IMG/VR virus record: IMGVR_UViG_3300032224_000518
Coordinates: 1 to 53,725 of that record
DNA length: 53,725 bases
Reading direction: 5' to 3' (one strand)
Source: a virus
Taxonomy: Duplodnaviria > Caudoviricetes
The notes under the pieces were generated by a model. It was not told where the DNA came from. It worked only from the letters and a program-made list of their open reading frames with translations, and ran no database searches. Position numbers and translations under genes: made by a program. Below, piece after piece: positions 8,155 to 16,376 of this stretch. How positions within the stretch are numbered: the first letter of the stretch is position 1; the number at the start of each line of letters is the position of its first letter.

Positions 8155-8183
8155 TTTACTTTAATTCAGTTTTAGGGTATAAT
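8155..8183 (+). promoter_or_regulatory. Sigma70-type promoter TTTACT-17-TATAAT
   Basis: Intergenic; spacer TTAATTCAGTTTTAGGG nearly identical to that at 1561-1577. Confidence 0.75.
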
Positions 8184-8190
8184 AGTTATT

Positions 8191-8547
8191 ATGAATGTGA
8201 TATTTACCTCTGTTCCTAAAGCCAAGAAGCGTAAGCCCACAGCTAAACAACGTGAGCTGCAAGAATCATGGGAAAGACTTTTAAAGCAGTATGTCACAAA
8301 GACTGTTGTGAAACCCAAACCACAACAACTCAGTGATGTATACTCACTTGGAAAAACTGCTCGTCGTGAGACGCCTAAGATTCCGAGTCTTAATAATGGT
8401 GTCGATACTGGTGCTGCTACTAAAAAAACATCACCAGTTTATACTGGCACAAAGGTGAAAGGTATTGGTACTATGCATAAATCAAATGCTGTGCCAATTT
8501 TTAGTGATGAAGAAGCAAAAGACATTGCAACTATGAGAAGGAATTGA
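8191..8547 (+). CDS. Conserved basic phage protein
   Basis: YTGTKVKGIGTMHKSNAVPI motif; Lys-rich. Confidence 0.75.
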   Translation: MNVIFTSVPKAKKRKPTAKQRELQESWERLLKQYVTKTVVKPKPQQLSDVYSLGKTARRETPKIPSLNNGVDTGAATKKTSPVYTGTKVKGIGTMHKSNAVPIFSDEEAKDIATMRRN

Positions 8548-8813
8548 TTATGAACGCTACATACCAAAAAATTGTATCAACCGATAATGTGGAAGAAATT
8601 CTTAACATTCAAAGAGACTTGTATACACAGAAGATGAAGATGGATAAATTCTTTTCTATGTACCTTGACAAATTTGAAGGTAAGATGGATCCTGACGAAC
8701 CAGATACTCAAATCTGGAAACTTTATAAATTGAAATTGAAAGAATATGATGCTATTAACCAGTCCATCAAAGCAGCCACCTATTATGCTAATAAACGATC
8801 AGCCAGTATTTAA
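8544..8813 (+). CDS. Hypothetical protein
   Basis: Helical ORF coupled to its neighbours; start uncertain (8544 or 8550). Confidence 0.6.
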   Translation: MIMNATYQKIVSTDNVEEILNIQRDLYTQKMKMDKFFSMYLDKFEGKMDPDEPDTQIWKLYKLKLKEYDAINQSIKAATYYANKRSASI

Positions 8814-9021
8814 AACTTCCAACGAGTTTTCTTTGTATATCGAATCTATAGTTCGTGACAAGAATATTACGCATATGGATGCTGTATTAAAGTATTGCGC
8901 AGATAATTATCTTGAACCTGAAGATATCGCTAAACTTGTGAACAAATCTCTTAAAGAAAAGATTGCGCTCAATATGCAAGAATTAAACTTCTTACCAAAG
9001 AAAGCACAGTTAGATGTCTAA
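8785..9021 (+). CDS. gp33: Late transcription coactivator gp33
   Basis: FSLYIESIV...MDAVLKYC...LVNKSLKEKIALNMQELNFL; synteny 33-59-32. Confidence 0.85.
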   Translation: MLINDQPVFKTSNEFSLYIESIVRDKNITHMDAVLKYCADNYLEPEDIAKLVNKSLKEKIALNMQELNFLPKKAQLDV

Positions 9022-9196
9022 TGTTTGGATGGCTGTTGTAACTGCTTTTGCTTTTATTGCTATTTGGGGAACTTTACTCATAGCAATCCCAAAACATGGC
9101 GTAGTAGTATACAACTGTTCTCTGGCAGAAATATCTCCTGATTATCCAGTTGAAGTTAAAAATGAATGTAGGAAAATAAATAGTGGACGGATTTAA
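9014..9196 (+). CDS. Small membrane protein
   Basis: One TM helix followed by YNCSLAEISPDYP...ECRK. Confidence 0.6.
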   Translation: MSNVWMAVVTAFAFIAIWGTLLIAIPKHGVVVYNCSLAEISPDYPVEVKNECRKINSGRI

Positions 9197-9797
9197 AGCG
9201 TATAAGTATTACATGGCTGTTAAGTTGCATTTCACTAAAGATAATTTTGATGTATTTAAGAATCGTGGAAACATCAAAGGAACTCGTGAAGCATTTAATG
9301 CCAGAAATGATCGTTATGTCTTTGAAAAGTTGGCACGTAAGTATCCAGTTGATAAAGACATAATTCAATATTATGTAGCTAACTTTGCTTATGGAAGCGA
9401 TACTGCAGTTTACTCTCAGTCTGAAGCCGAACAAAACTTACAAGAATGGAATAGACGTAAACAGTCAATTACTAAAATATTCTCTGATGATTGCAATAAG
9501 ATTCTATTAGACGCTTGCAAGAATAAAATTAAATCAGATGGTATTTTAAACTTGACAAATAAAGGATATTGTAGTATACTTAAATTATTCCTTGGTAATC
9601 AGATATCTCTGGAGACCATTCGAATCATTGATGATATGTTACCTGTGGTTCATTCATGGAAACGAAACGATTCAATGTTATTGTTATGGGAAAACGATAT
9701 TCGAAGGATTGAAAAATCCAAAGGGTTCGTGAAGTATGATAGCGAGAAAGTTATAAAAGTTTTTAACAACTTTATGGAAGAAGTAAAAGAGTTATAA
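9183..9797 (+). CDS. gp59: Helicase loader gp59
   Basis: YKYYMAVKLHFT...RNDRYVFEKLARKY; GTG start; synteny. Confidence 0.88.
   Translation: MDGFKAYKYYMAVKLHFTKDNFDVFKNRGNIKGTREAFNARNDRYVFEKLARKYPVDKDIIQYYVANFAYGSDTAVYSQSEAEQNLQEWNRRKQSITKIFSDDCNKILLDACKNKIKSDGILNLTNKGYCSILKLFLGNQISLETIRIIDDMLPVVHSWKRNDSMLLLWENDIRRIEKSKGFVKYDSEKVIKVFNNFMEEVKEL
9552..9580 (+). promoter_or_regulatory. Internal sigma70-type promoter TTGACA-17-TATACT upstream of gene 32
   Basis: Near-consensus boxes at 9552-9557 and 9575-9580 inside gp59. Confidence 0.55.
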
Positions 9798-9798
9798 A

Positions 9799-10002
9799 AT
9801 GGGCAAGACTTGGGTTAACACTTCAAAGAAATTTGAAGATGATACCAGTGGGCGATCTGGTAAACACGCAAAACATTCTAATGGTAAAAAAACTGGAGGA
9901 ATGAAAACGCTAAATAGTTATGTTGAAGAAGATTATGATCCTTTCGAGGATGACATTGAAATTAATGATGAAATAACGATACAACATAATAAACAATCTT
10001 AA
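9799..10002 (+). CDS. Hypothetical charged protein
   Basis: MGKT start, basic N-half and acidic C-half; contains CTAAATA at 9910. Confidence 0.65.
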   Translation: MGKTWVNTSKKFEDDTSGRSGKHAKHSNGKKTGGMKTLNSYVEEDYDPFEDDIEINDEITIQHNKQS

Positions 10003-10026
10003 TACATTTAATACAAAGGAAATACG

Positions 10027-10932
10027 ATGGATATTAGTACTCTACGCAAAATGCGCACGTCAGACTTCGGAAAAATCTCTGGAGAATTTGACAAAATCTC
10101 AAACCCCCAATCTGAATCAAAGTCATTCACAGACGATCGCTTTTGGCGTCTTGAAGCAGACAAAGCTGGCAATGGTACAGCAACGATTCGATTCCTCCCA
10201 CGTGTTGAAGGCGATGAACTCCCATGGGTTCGTATCTTCTCTCACGGATTCCAAGGTCCAACTGGCAAATGGTATATCGAGAATAGTTTGACTACTCTTG
10301 GTGAAAACGATCCTGTAGGTGAGTTAAATACCAAATTGTGGAACTCTGGTTCTGATGCTAACAAAGAAATTGCTCGTAAGCAGAAACGTAAACTTGGTTT
10401 CACTGCTAACGTGTTGATTATCTCTGATCCTAAGCATCCAGAGAATGAAGGACAAGTTCGCTTGTTCAAATTTGGTAAGAAAATCTTCGACAAGATTATG
10501 GACAAGGCTCGTCCAACATTCGAAGATGAGAAGCCAGTAAATGTGTTCGACTTCTGGGAAGGCGCAAACTTTAAATTGCGTATGCGTAAGAAAGATGGTT
10601 TTACTAACTATGATGAATCATCATTTAGTGACCCAACTCCTGTTGCTAGTAGTGATGAAGAAATTCTTGCTATCGCTAACAAGCAACATAAACTTTCTGA
10701 ATTCACAGACCGTAAGAACTTTAAGTCTTATGAAGAATTAAAACAGAAACTTGAGCAAGTATTGAGTGGTGATTCTTTCACTAACAAGACAGCTGCTCAA
10801 ATGTCTGAAGAAGATCGTCCTGTAGCAGCAGCACCAACTTTTGCTTCTAAGCCAGCACCAACTCCATCAAAGTCAATTGACGAAGATGAAGATGTTATGT
10901 CTTATTTTGAAAAAATCGCTAAGGAAGATTAA
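10027..10932 (+). CDS. gp32: Single-stranded DNA-binding protein gp32
   Basis: DDRFW, GNGTATIRFLP, HGFQGPTGKWYIENSLTTL, FGKKIFDKI, acidic tail. Confidence 0.96.
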   Translation: MDISTLRKMRTSDFGKISGEFDKISNPQSESKSFTDDRFWRLEADKAGNGTATIRFLPRVEGDELPWVRIFSHGFQGPTGKWYIENSLTTLGENDPVGELNTKLWNSGSDANKEIARKQKRKLGFTANVLIISDPKHPENEGQVRLFKFGKKIFDKIMDKARPTFEDEKPVNVFDFWEGANFKLRMRKKDGFTNYDESSFSDPTPVASSDEEILAIANKQHKLSEFTDRKNFKSYEELKQKLEQVLSGDSFTNKTAAQMSEEDRPVAAAPTFASKPAPTPSKSIDEDEDVMSYFEKIAKED

Positions 10933-10954
10933 ACCAGTCCCATGCAAGTGCGCT

Positions 10955-10982
10955 AAGGGGAGCTTCGGCTCCCCTTTTTTTA
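10955..10982 (+). terminator. Intrinsic terminator with cUUCGg tetraloop between convergent gene blocks
   Basis: AAGGGGAGC-TTCG-GCTCCCCTT followed by a T run. Confidence 0.9.
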
Positions 10983-12779
10983 TTATGCGAATCTAGATTT
11001 TAGGTAACGACTCATTGATTGATCTTGATTGCGAATCGGTGGCGTAACCACTGTTTGAGTTTTATTTTGAATGTTTGTAGTTGGTGCTACAACAGAAGTA
11101 TTGTTTCCACCAGGATTAGTTTTTAACGCTAATACACTACCAGCATTATTAGCAGATGATGATTCAACTCTAGCACCTGAATTCATAGCAACTCCCATAG
11201 CAGCAATTTTATCCAATGGTAAAGCTGCGATTGCTTTAATTTTACCAGGATCTATTTCTGAGAATTTAGCCATACCATCTGCCAAGTTCTTCATACCATT
11301 ACCAGCTTTATTAACACCCTCTCCTGCTTGACCTAATGCTATAACCTGATCAACTCCAGATTTCTGTCCAGAAATAGCACTGAAAAAACCAGTGGCTAAA
11401 TTTGTAAGACCATTTGCAGCTTGTCCTGCACCAAACACAGCCATACCTGCACCGAGAGACATTAAAGCTGGACCCATCATCATAAGATTCATTGCGTCTA
11501 TCTTTGATAATCTTTCCATAGTAGTGGCAAATGATTCCATACCATCTTTGGCAAGATCTAAAGCAAACGCCAGTGGAATTAATGCTATACCGATAGCAGC
11601 TAATGCTCCAGCACCAGTAAATAATAATGGAGCAGCCATGCCCATAACTGCAGCAATAACACCAAGACCAGCTATCATGGCGAACCCTTTACCGATAGTT
11701 TCCCAGTCTAGTTCTGCAAATCCTTTAAATACTTCACCAATACCCCAAAGAGCAACACCAAGAATACCAAGTACAAATGCACCTTTGAGAATAGACCCTT
11801 TCATTTTATCTAACCCAATGGCAGCTAGAACTAATCCACCTAGTGCAACCATACCTTTAGTGATAGAGTCCCATTCTAGATCAGCGAAACTTGCCAATGC
11901 TTTAGAAGCAATCCATAATGCGCCAGCAATGGCAATAAGACCAATACCAAATGTCTTCATTCCCTGTAATGCTTTACCCATACCACCAGCAAGACCAGAG
12001 AACAATCCCTTACCTTCTGCAGCAGCAACTGGCTTACCTGATTTTTTTGGATCCTTTAGTGATTCAGTATTATCTGCAATGGCTTTAAGTACCTTTGCAT
12101 TCTCGTCTGCTTTTTTATCTGTCTCAACATCTTTTTCATTCAGGTCAAACGATTTGGCTTTATCTGCAGCATCTGTATTAATCACTGGTTTCGCTAACCC
12201 AGCAACAGTTTTCATGGCAGTATCTTTTCTTTCAAATGCTTGCGCAACTTTACTTCCTGGCATTGCACGTTTTCTTAACTCGTCTTCATCAACTCCAGGA
12301 TTCGCTTTCTTGAATTTTTCAATATCTTTATTGGCAGCATCATAATCTTTCTTGGCAGTATTACGTACTTCGAATTCTTTATGTAAATCTTTGGTTGATT
12401 CAGTTCTACCCAGATCTCTTTGGTTTTTAACAAAGTCATTTTTTGCTATAACTTTATTTAAAATACCACCAAAATTAAGTGAACTTAAAATTCCTTGTTT
12501 CATTCCATGGGCAGTTGGTAACCCACCAGAAGCCAACGCTTTTAATTTATCACCAATAGATAAAAATGCTTTAGATGCTTTTAATTCATCTTCAGAAACC
12601 TTTACTTGTTTTTTATCTAATTCAAGCTGTTGCTTCTGAATCTTCAAAGACTCTTCTTCACGTTTAGCAGGTGGACCATTAGTCAGTAATGTTTGAATTG
12701 CTTGTTGTGATTCTAGAGATTGCTTTTGAATCTCTAGAAGTCTTGCAAAGTTAGCTGGTGATGCTGTTATTAGTGCCAT
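10983..12779 (-). CDS. Tape measure / baseplate hub protein (gp29-like)
   Basis: 598 aa, helical, Ala/Gly-rich hydrophobic repeats, C-terminal VVAPTTN; downstream of gp26/gp51. Confidence 0.7.
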   Translation of the reverse strand: MALITASPANFARLLEIQKQSLESQQAIQTLLTNGPPAKREEESLKIQKQQLELDKKQVKVSEDELKASKAFLSIGDKLKALASGGLPTAHGMKQGILSSLNFGGILNKVIAKNDFVKNQRDLGRTESTKDLHKEFEVRNTAKKDYDAANKDIEKFKKANPGVDEDELRKRAMPGSKVAQAFERKDTAMKTVAGLAKPVINTDAADKAKSFDLNEKDVETDKKADENAKVLKAIADNTESLKDPKKSGKPVAAAEGKGLFSGLAGGMGKALQGMKTFGIGLIAIAGALWIASKALASFADLEWDSITKGMVALGGLVLAAIGLDKMKGSILKGAFVLGILGVALWGIGEVFKGFAELDWETIGKGFAMIAGLGVIAAVMGMAAPLLFTGAGALAAIGIALIPLAFALDLAKDGMESFATTMERLSKIDAMNLMMMGPALMSLGAGMAVFGAGQAANGLTNLATGFFSAISGQKSGVDQVIALGQAGEGVNKAGNGMKNLADGMAKFSEIDPGKIKAIAALPLDKIAAMGVAMNSGARVESSSANNAGSVLALKTNPGGNNTSVVAPTTNIQNKTQTVVTPPIRNQDQSMSRYLKSRFA

Positions 12780-12968
12780 TTAGCGTGCTCTCTTTTGTGC
12801 TTCTAATCGTTGTTTTTCTTCTTCTAAATATTTTACTAACATAGCGACGTAGACCTCTCGCTCAAATGGAATCATGTTATCCAAATCCGATAGCGAATAC
12901 TTATGGTACTGCATTAACGCAAAGTTCATCTTATAAAAGTTGAACATGTTGTCATGACAGAGGTTCAT
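12780..12968 (-). CDS. gp51: Baseplate hub assembly protein gp51-like
   Basis: NFALMQYHKYSLSDLDNMIPFEREVYV signature. Confidence 0.85.
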   Translation of the reverse strand: MNLCHDNMFNFYKMNFALMQYHKYSLSDLDNMIPFEREVYVAMLVKYLEEEKQRLEAQKRAR

Positions 12969-13681
12969 TAAAAAAAACTTTGTATTCCCTCCAACACCTT
13001 GTGGTGAGGTTTCTTACAGACAGGACAGTTATAATCAACTTCCTGTTTAATCTTTGGCATAGTTTCAAAGAAGTGTTGAACTTTCTTAAACTGCTCTGAT
13101 GTTAGATTGTTCAAGAACTCAATCATTTCTCCAGGTTCTTGCTCTTTTGCATAAAAGACTTCATCGCCTTGATATACAAACTCTACACATTCTGCCATAA
13201 TCCTGAATAAATCATCAAGATTATTTGTATCTAATTTTTCTAATTTCTGAATAATCTGAACAGTTGGGTATTTCATTTGAACACCAACGTCACCGAACAA
13301 TTCAATATTCTTATTATGATCTTCAGATTTAACTACTTTAAGTTTAGTAATATCGAAACTAATTTGTACTCTTGCTTTTTCATCTTCACAAGTATCACAT
13401 GGGAAAATCAATTCAACATTCTCGCCAACGGATTTTGCACGCAACTGGGTAAAGATATATTCTAAATCAAATGTAGCCAGTACGTCAACATCAATTTCAG
13501 TTATTAAACAGTTTTTAATAACATTCTTCAATGTTTCAATCATTACAACTGGATCTTCACTTTGTTGTGCAATCAATAATGCTTTTTCTTCTTTTACTAA
13601 AAATGGTCTATACTTGACCTCTTTTTCCAACGATGGTACCACCAACGTATAGGTCGGTGTTGTATTAATTGGTAATGCCAT
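12968..13681 (-). CDS. gp26: Baseplate hub assembly protein gp26-like
   Basis: YRPFLVKEEKALL, DLEYIFTQLRAKSVGE, two CxxC motifs, ends EGIQSFF. Confidence 0.9.
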   Translation of the reverse strand: MALPINTTPTYTLVVPSLEKEVKYRPFLVKEEKALLIAQQSEDPVVMIETLKNVIKNCLITEIDVDVLATFDLEYIFTQLRAKSVGENVELIFPCDTCEDEKARVQISFDITKLKVVKSEDHNKNIELFGDVGVQMKYPTVQIIQKLEKLDTNNLDDLFRIMAECVEFVYQGDEVFYAKEQEPGEMIEFLNNLTSEQFKKVQHFFETMPKIKQEVDYNCPVCKKPHHKVLEGIQSFF

Positions 13682-13683
13682 GA

Positions 13684-14103
13684 CTATTCTCCTTTATTCA
13701 TATTCTTGATTAACTTATTCAACTCAGCTGTGCTACCAACAAAGATAGCGTTATTCACAGTTTTAGAGTCACCTTTCTTAGGTGCATCTAATTTTGCTTT
13801 TTGCTGATGTAAGTCCATAAGTTGTTGGTTTACATCAGCTAACTGTTTCATTAAATTACCCACAACTTCAAATGCACGTGGATGTTCACTTGACTTTGCC
13901 ACTTCCAAAGCATGCATCAAAGCACCTTGTCCCGTGGTCAATAATTCACGAAGATTATTTCTTGTTACGTCATAATCATCTTCAATTTTACCTTCTGGTG
14001 TTTTTACAACTTCACCAGTAGAATTATCAATCACTTCAAGTGCTGGAGTTTTAGTTATATTTGGTAAATCAAAAACTTCAGCTAAATTATCATCAATTTT
14101 CAT
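13684..14103 (-). CDS. gp16: Terminase small subunit gp16
   Basis: DDYDVTRNNL, SEHPRAFEV, NNAIFVGSTAEL. Confidence 0.9.
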   Translation of the reverse strand: MKIDDNLAEVFDLPNITKTPALEVIDNSTGEVVKTPEGKIEDDYDVTRNNLRELLTTGQGALMHALEVAKSSEHPRAFEVVGNLMKQLADVNQQLMDLHQQKAKLDAPKKGDSKTVNNAIFVGSTAELNKLIKNMNKGE

Positions 14104-14105
14104 TT

Positions 14106-14537
14106 TTATCCATCGTTTCTAGTATTTCTTGTAGGTGGGTCACCTGGAAAACTATTTAGGGTTGGAGTTGGAAACGCTGCTGCAACTGGGGCTGGAGTTG
14201 CTGGGAATGCTGCTGGCGCAGGAAACCCAGATGCTGCTGGCACGCTTGTTGGTAAGGTTGGTGTTGGTGTATTTGTTGCGCTTCCTGCAATTTTCTCTTG
14301 AGTTCTACCAAAAGCTGCGATACCTAATACTGCACCCATTGCTAGGTGAAATAAACCAGCACCTTGTAGTGTCAATGGATTCCACTGAGTAATTGGAGTA
14401 TGAGTGACTGCTTGTAGTATAGACCACAATACTGGAAATACAACCATATCCATCATACAGACAACCATATACATCCAGCCCATTGCTGGACGCCATTTCT
14501 TTTGCATCCAATCTTCGTCTTTTTTAACTTCTGACAT
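14106..14537 (-). CDS. Putative holin (3TM/GTA-type) with Pro/Ala-rich tail
   Basis: KWRPAMGW, TM helices, GAVLGIAAFGRTQEK; GGGAG RBS before ATG 14537. Confidence 0.65.
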   Translation of the reverse strand: MSEVKKDEDWMQKKWRPAMGWMYMVVCMMDMVVFPVLWSILQAVTHTPITQWNPLTLQGAGLFHLAMGAVLGIAAFGRTQEKIAGSATNTPTPTLPTSVPAASGFPAPAAFPATPAPVAAAFPTPTLNSFPGDPPTRNTRNDG

Positions 14538-14538
14538 A

Positions 14539-15273
14539 TTATCTCCCAAAATAGTTAGTTACACCAGTTACCATACTGTCATTTTCTGGTAATGGATTAT
14601 TAAAATCTTTCTGAAACCCTAAGTAATTCTCAGCCCATTCTGACGGAACACTTGGTAAACTTTCTAACTCACGACCATTAATGGTTGGCATTTTTAAATA
14701 TCTGCTCCATGGTGATTCTTTAGTTTCTATCGGTGCATCAAAAGACTTCGATGTCCAATATTTGTAATTTATAGAAATTTGCAATTTCATAACATCTTTA
14801 CTTTCATGACCAACTGAAATTGATCCTATATTTTTAGGATAACATTCAAATAGTTTAACTTCATAGCGTTTTCTATCTTTAGTATCTTCAATATCTAAAG
14901 TCATATCAGTAATGTAATATTTGTAATATTCAAAACTTCTTGTTGATGGATTCTGAATAACATTAATCCAATCATCAAAAAATTGTTTAACTTTCATGTT
15001 ATTGTCAACATAAAAAGTCATATTAACATTATCAAACATTTTCTCATATGGAGTTTCACGAATTTCACCAAACATTCTAATCTGAGTGGTAGACATCGTC
15101 ACACCTGGAATCTGAACGTCAGAACAGAACAATAAAATCTTTCTTAAATCTCTTGGTGTTTTCATTGCCTTCGGTGGAGAAAGGGTTACTGCATAACGTG
15201 CTGTGCGCATTAATCCTTCAGTTTTAACTGCAGCAATAAAATTCTTTAAACCACCAGCTTTTGCGTCTGCCAT
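14539..15273 (-). CDS. Baseplate tail-tube initiator gp54-like (tube fold)
   Basis: CSDVQIPG, TFYVDNNM, FDDWIN, LFECYP motifs. Confidence 0.75.
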   Translation of the reverse strand: MADAKAGGLKNFIAAVKTEGLMRTARYAVTLSPPKAMKTPRDLRKILLFCSDVQIPGVTMSTTQIRMFGEIRETPYEKMFDNVNMTFYVDNNMKVKQFFDDWINVIQNPSTRSFEYYKYYITDMTLDIEDTKDRKRYEVKLFECYPKNIGSISVGHESKDVMKLQISINYKYWTSKSFDAPIETKESPWSRYLKMPTINGRELESLPSVPSEWAENYLGFQKDFNNPLPENDSMVTGVTNYFGR

Positions 15274-15277
15274 ATCT

Positions 15278-15877
15278 TTAACCTATTTTTCTCTTTGAAT
15301 CTAACCATACAGCTTCTTTAGTAGAACCAACGAATCGTTCAACAGGTAACATCATGGCTGTTGCCCAATCGTCTGCTGGGATTAGTCTAAACTGACTTCT
15401 TACGTGTGGAGCCAAATAATGTTTAACGCAGGGTTTAGCTGCAGCATATTTTGAAACACCATCAATCATAGCCCACGAATATTTAATTCTTGTAGTTTCA
15501 TCCATTCTTGAGTTACTTTGAAACGCCATTAATCTATCCAATAATCTTACTCTTAATTGATATGGAAGATAATGCATATTCAACCCCAAGAACCCACCCT
15601 CTACCTTTCTAAATGGAAATACTAGAGGAAACTTATCATAATAAGGTAGCTCCGCTTTTAATTTCGGATCATACATAAACATATACAGTTTACCTGGAAC
15701 TATTCCAGTTTTTAATGCAGCAAGATCGCCTTTCATAACTTTAGGTGGCGTAATACCCTGCCTAGTCATTTTTGTGGCTTCTTGATCAAACCATGCACGT
15801 GACTTGCGCACAGCAGTCTTTAAATCATACTGGTGCTGGTCAAAAACGTCTTGGAATGTAGTTGGTTTGGTTGCCAT
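15278..15877 (-). CDS. gp2: DNA end protector gp2
   Basis: YDPKLKAELPYYDKFPLV, GLNMHYLP, CVKHYL. Confidence 0.92.
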   Translation of the reverse strand: MATKPTTFQDVFDQHQYDLKTAVRKSRAWFDQEATKMTRQGITPPKVMKGDLAALKTGIVPGKLYMFMYDPKLKAELPYYDKFPLVFPFRKVEGGFLGLNMHYLPYQLRVRLLDRLMAFQSNSRMDETTRIKYSWAMIDGVSKYAAAKPCVKHYLAPHVRSQFRLIPADDWATAMMLPVERFVGSTKEAVWLDSKRKIG

Positions 15878-15882
15878 ATTAT

Positions 15883-15889
15883 TATTTAG
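15883..15889 (-). promoter_or_regulatory. Late promoter motif CTAAATA for gp2
   Basis: TATTTAG on the + strand, 5 nt upstream of the gp2 ATG. Confidence 0.65.
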
Positions 15890-15892
15890 GCA

Positions 15893-16327
15893 TTAGATAC
15901 CGAGTTCGGTTTCGGTAATTATTTTAAATTCCCAGTTTCTATCTTTACAATATTCTTTGGCTGCAGCCCACTTTGCTTGGTTTTTGATGTAAGTTAAAGA
16001 CTCAGTTATATACCGTTGGGTTTGACGTCCAGGATATACTGGTGGCTGACATTGTTTTGCGGGTTTTACTTCGATTAGATACGTTTTTAAAACATTATCT
16101 TTTTGACGAACTTGTATCTGAAAATCTACAAAATACCGATGTAATCGATTATCTGTCGGGCATCGATACGGAACTACGGTTTCTTCAGATTTCCACTTAA
16201 TTACAGAGGGATTTTTATCACACCAAGAAGCAAACTTAGTTTCCCAAGAACTTCTCATAATTATGTTTGTGGGATCCCCTGAATATTTCTCTGGGAACAT
16301 TGGTTTATATAATCGTTTATGAAACAT
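15893..16327 (-). CDS. gp4: Head completion nuclease gp4
   Basis: RSSWE, WKSEE, HRYFVDF, IEVKP, NQAKW, ITETELG; start at ATG 16327. Confidence 0.92.
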   Translation of the reverse strand: MFHKRLYKPMFPEKYSGDPTNIIMRSSWETKFASWCDKNPSVIKWKSEETVVPYRCPTDNRLHRYFVDFQIQVRQKDNVLKTYLIEVKPAKQCQPPVYPGRQTQRYITESLTYIKNQAKWAAAKEYCKDRNWEFKIITETELGI

Positions 16328-16329
16328 GC

Positions 16330-16369
16330 CTAAATAAATAAAGAGAACAATAACTTTCCATCTATTTAG
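16330..16369. promoter_or_regulatory. Face-to-face pair of late promoters (+ 16330-16336; - 16363-16369)
   Basis: CTAAATA on each strand within the 49-bp gap between divergent gp4 and gp48. Confidence 0.65.
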
Positions 16370-16376
16370 GGATCCT

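Noticed and set aside
11392-12345. 317-aa + strand ORF antisense to the tape measure gene
   Set aside because: Ala/Pro/Ile/Asn-rich mirror of the Gly/Ala/Leu codons on the coding strand; no RBS or motif; a shadow ORF
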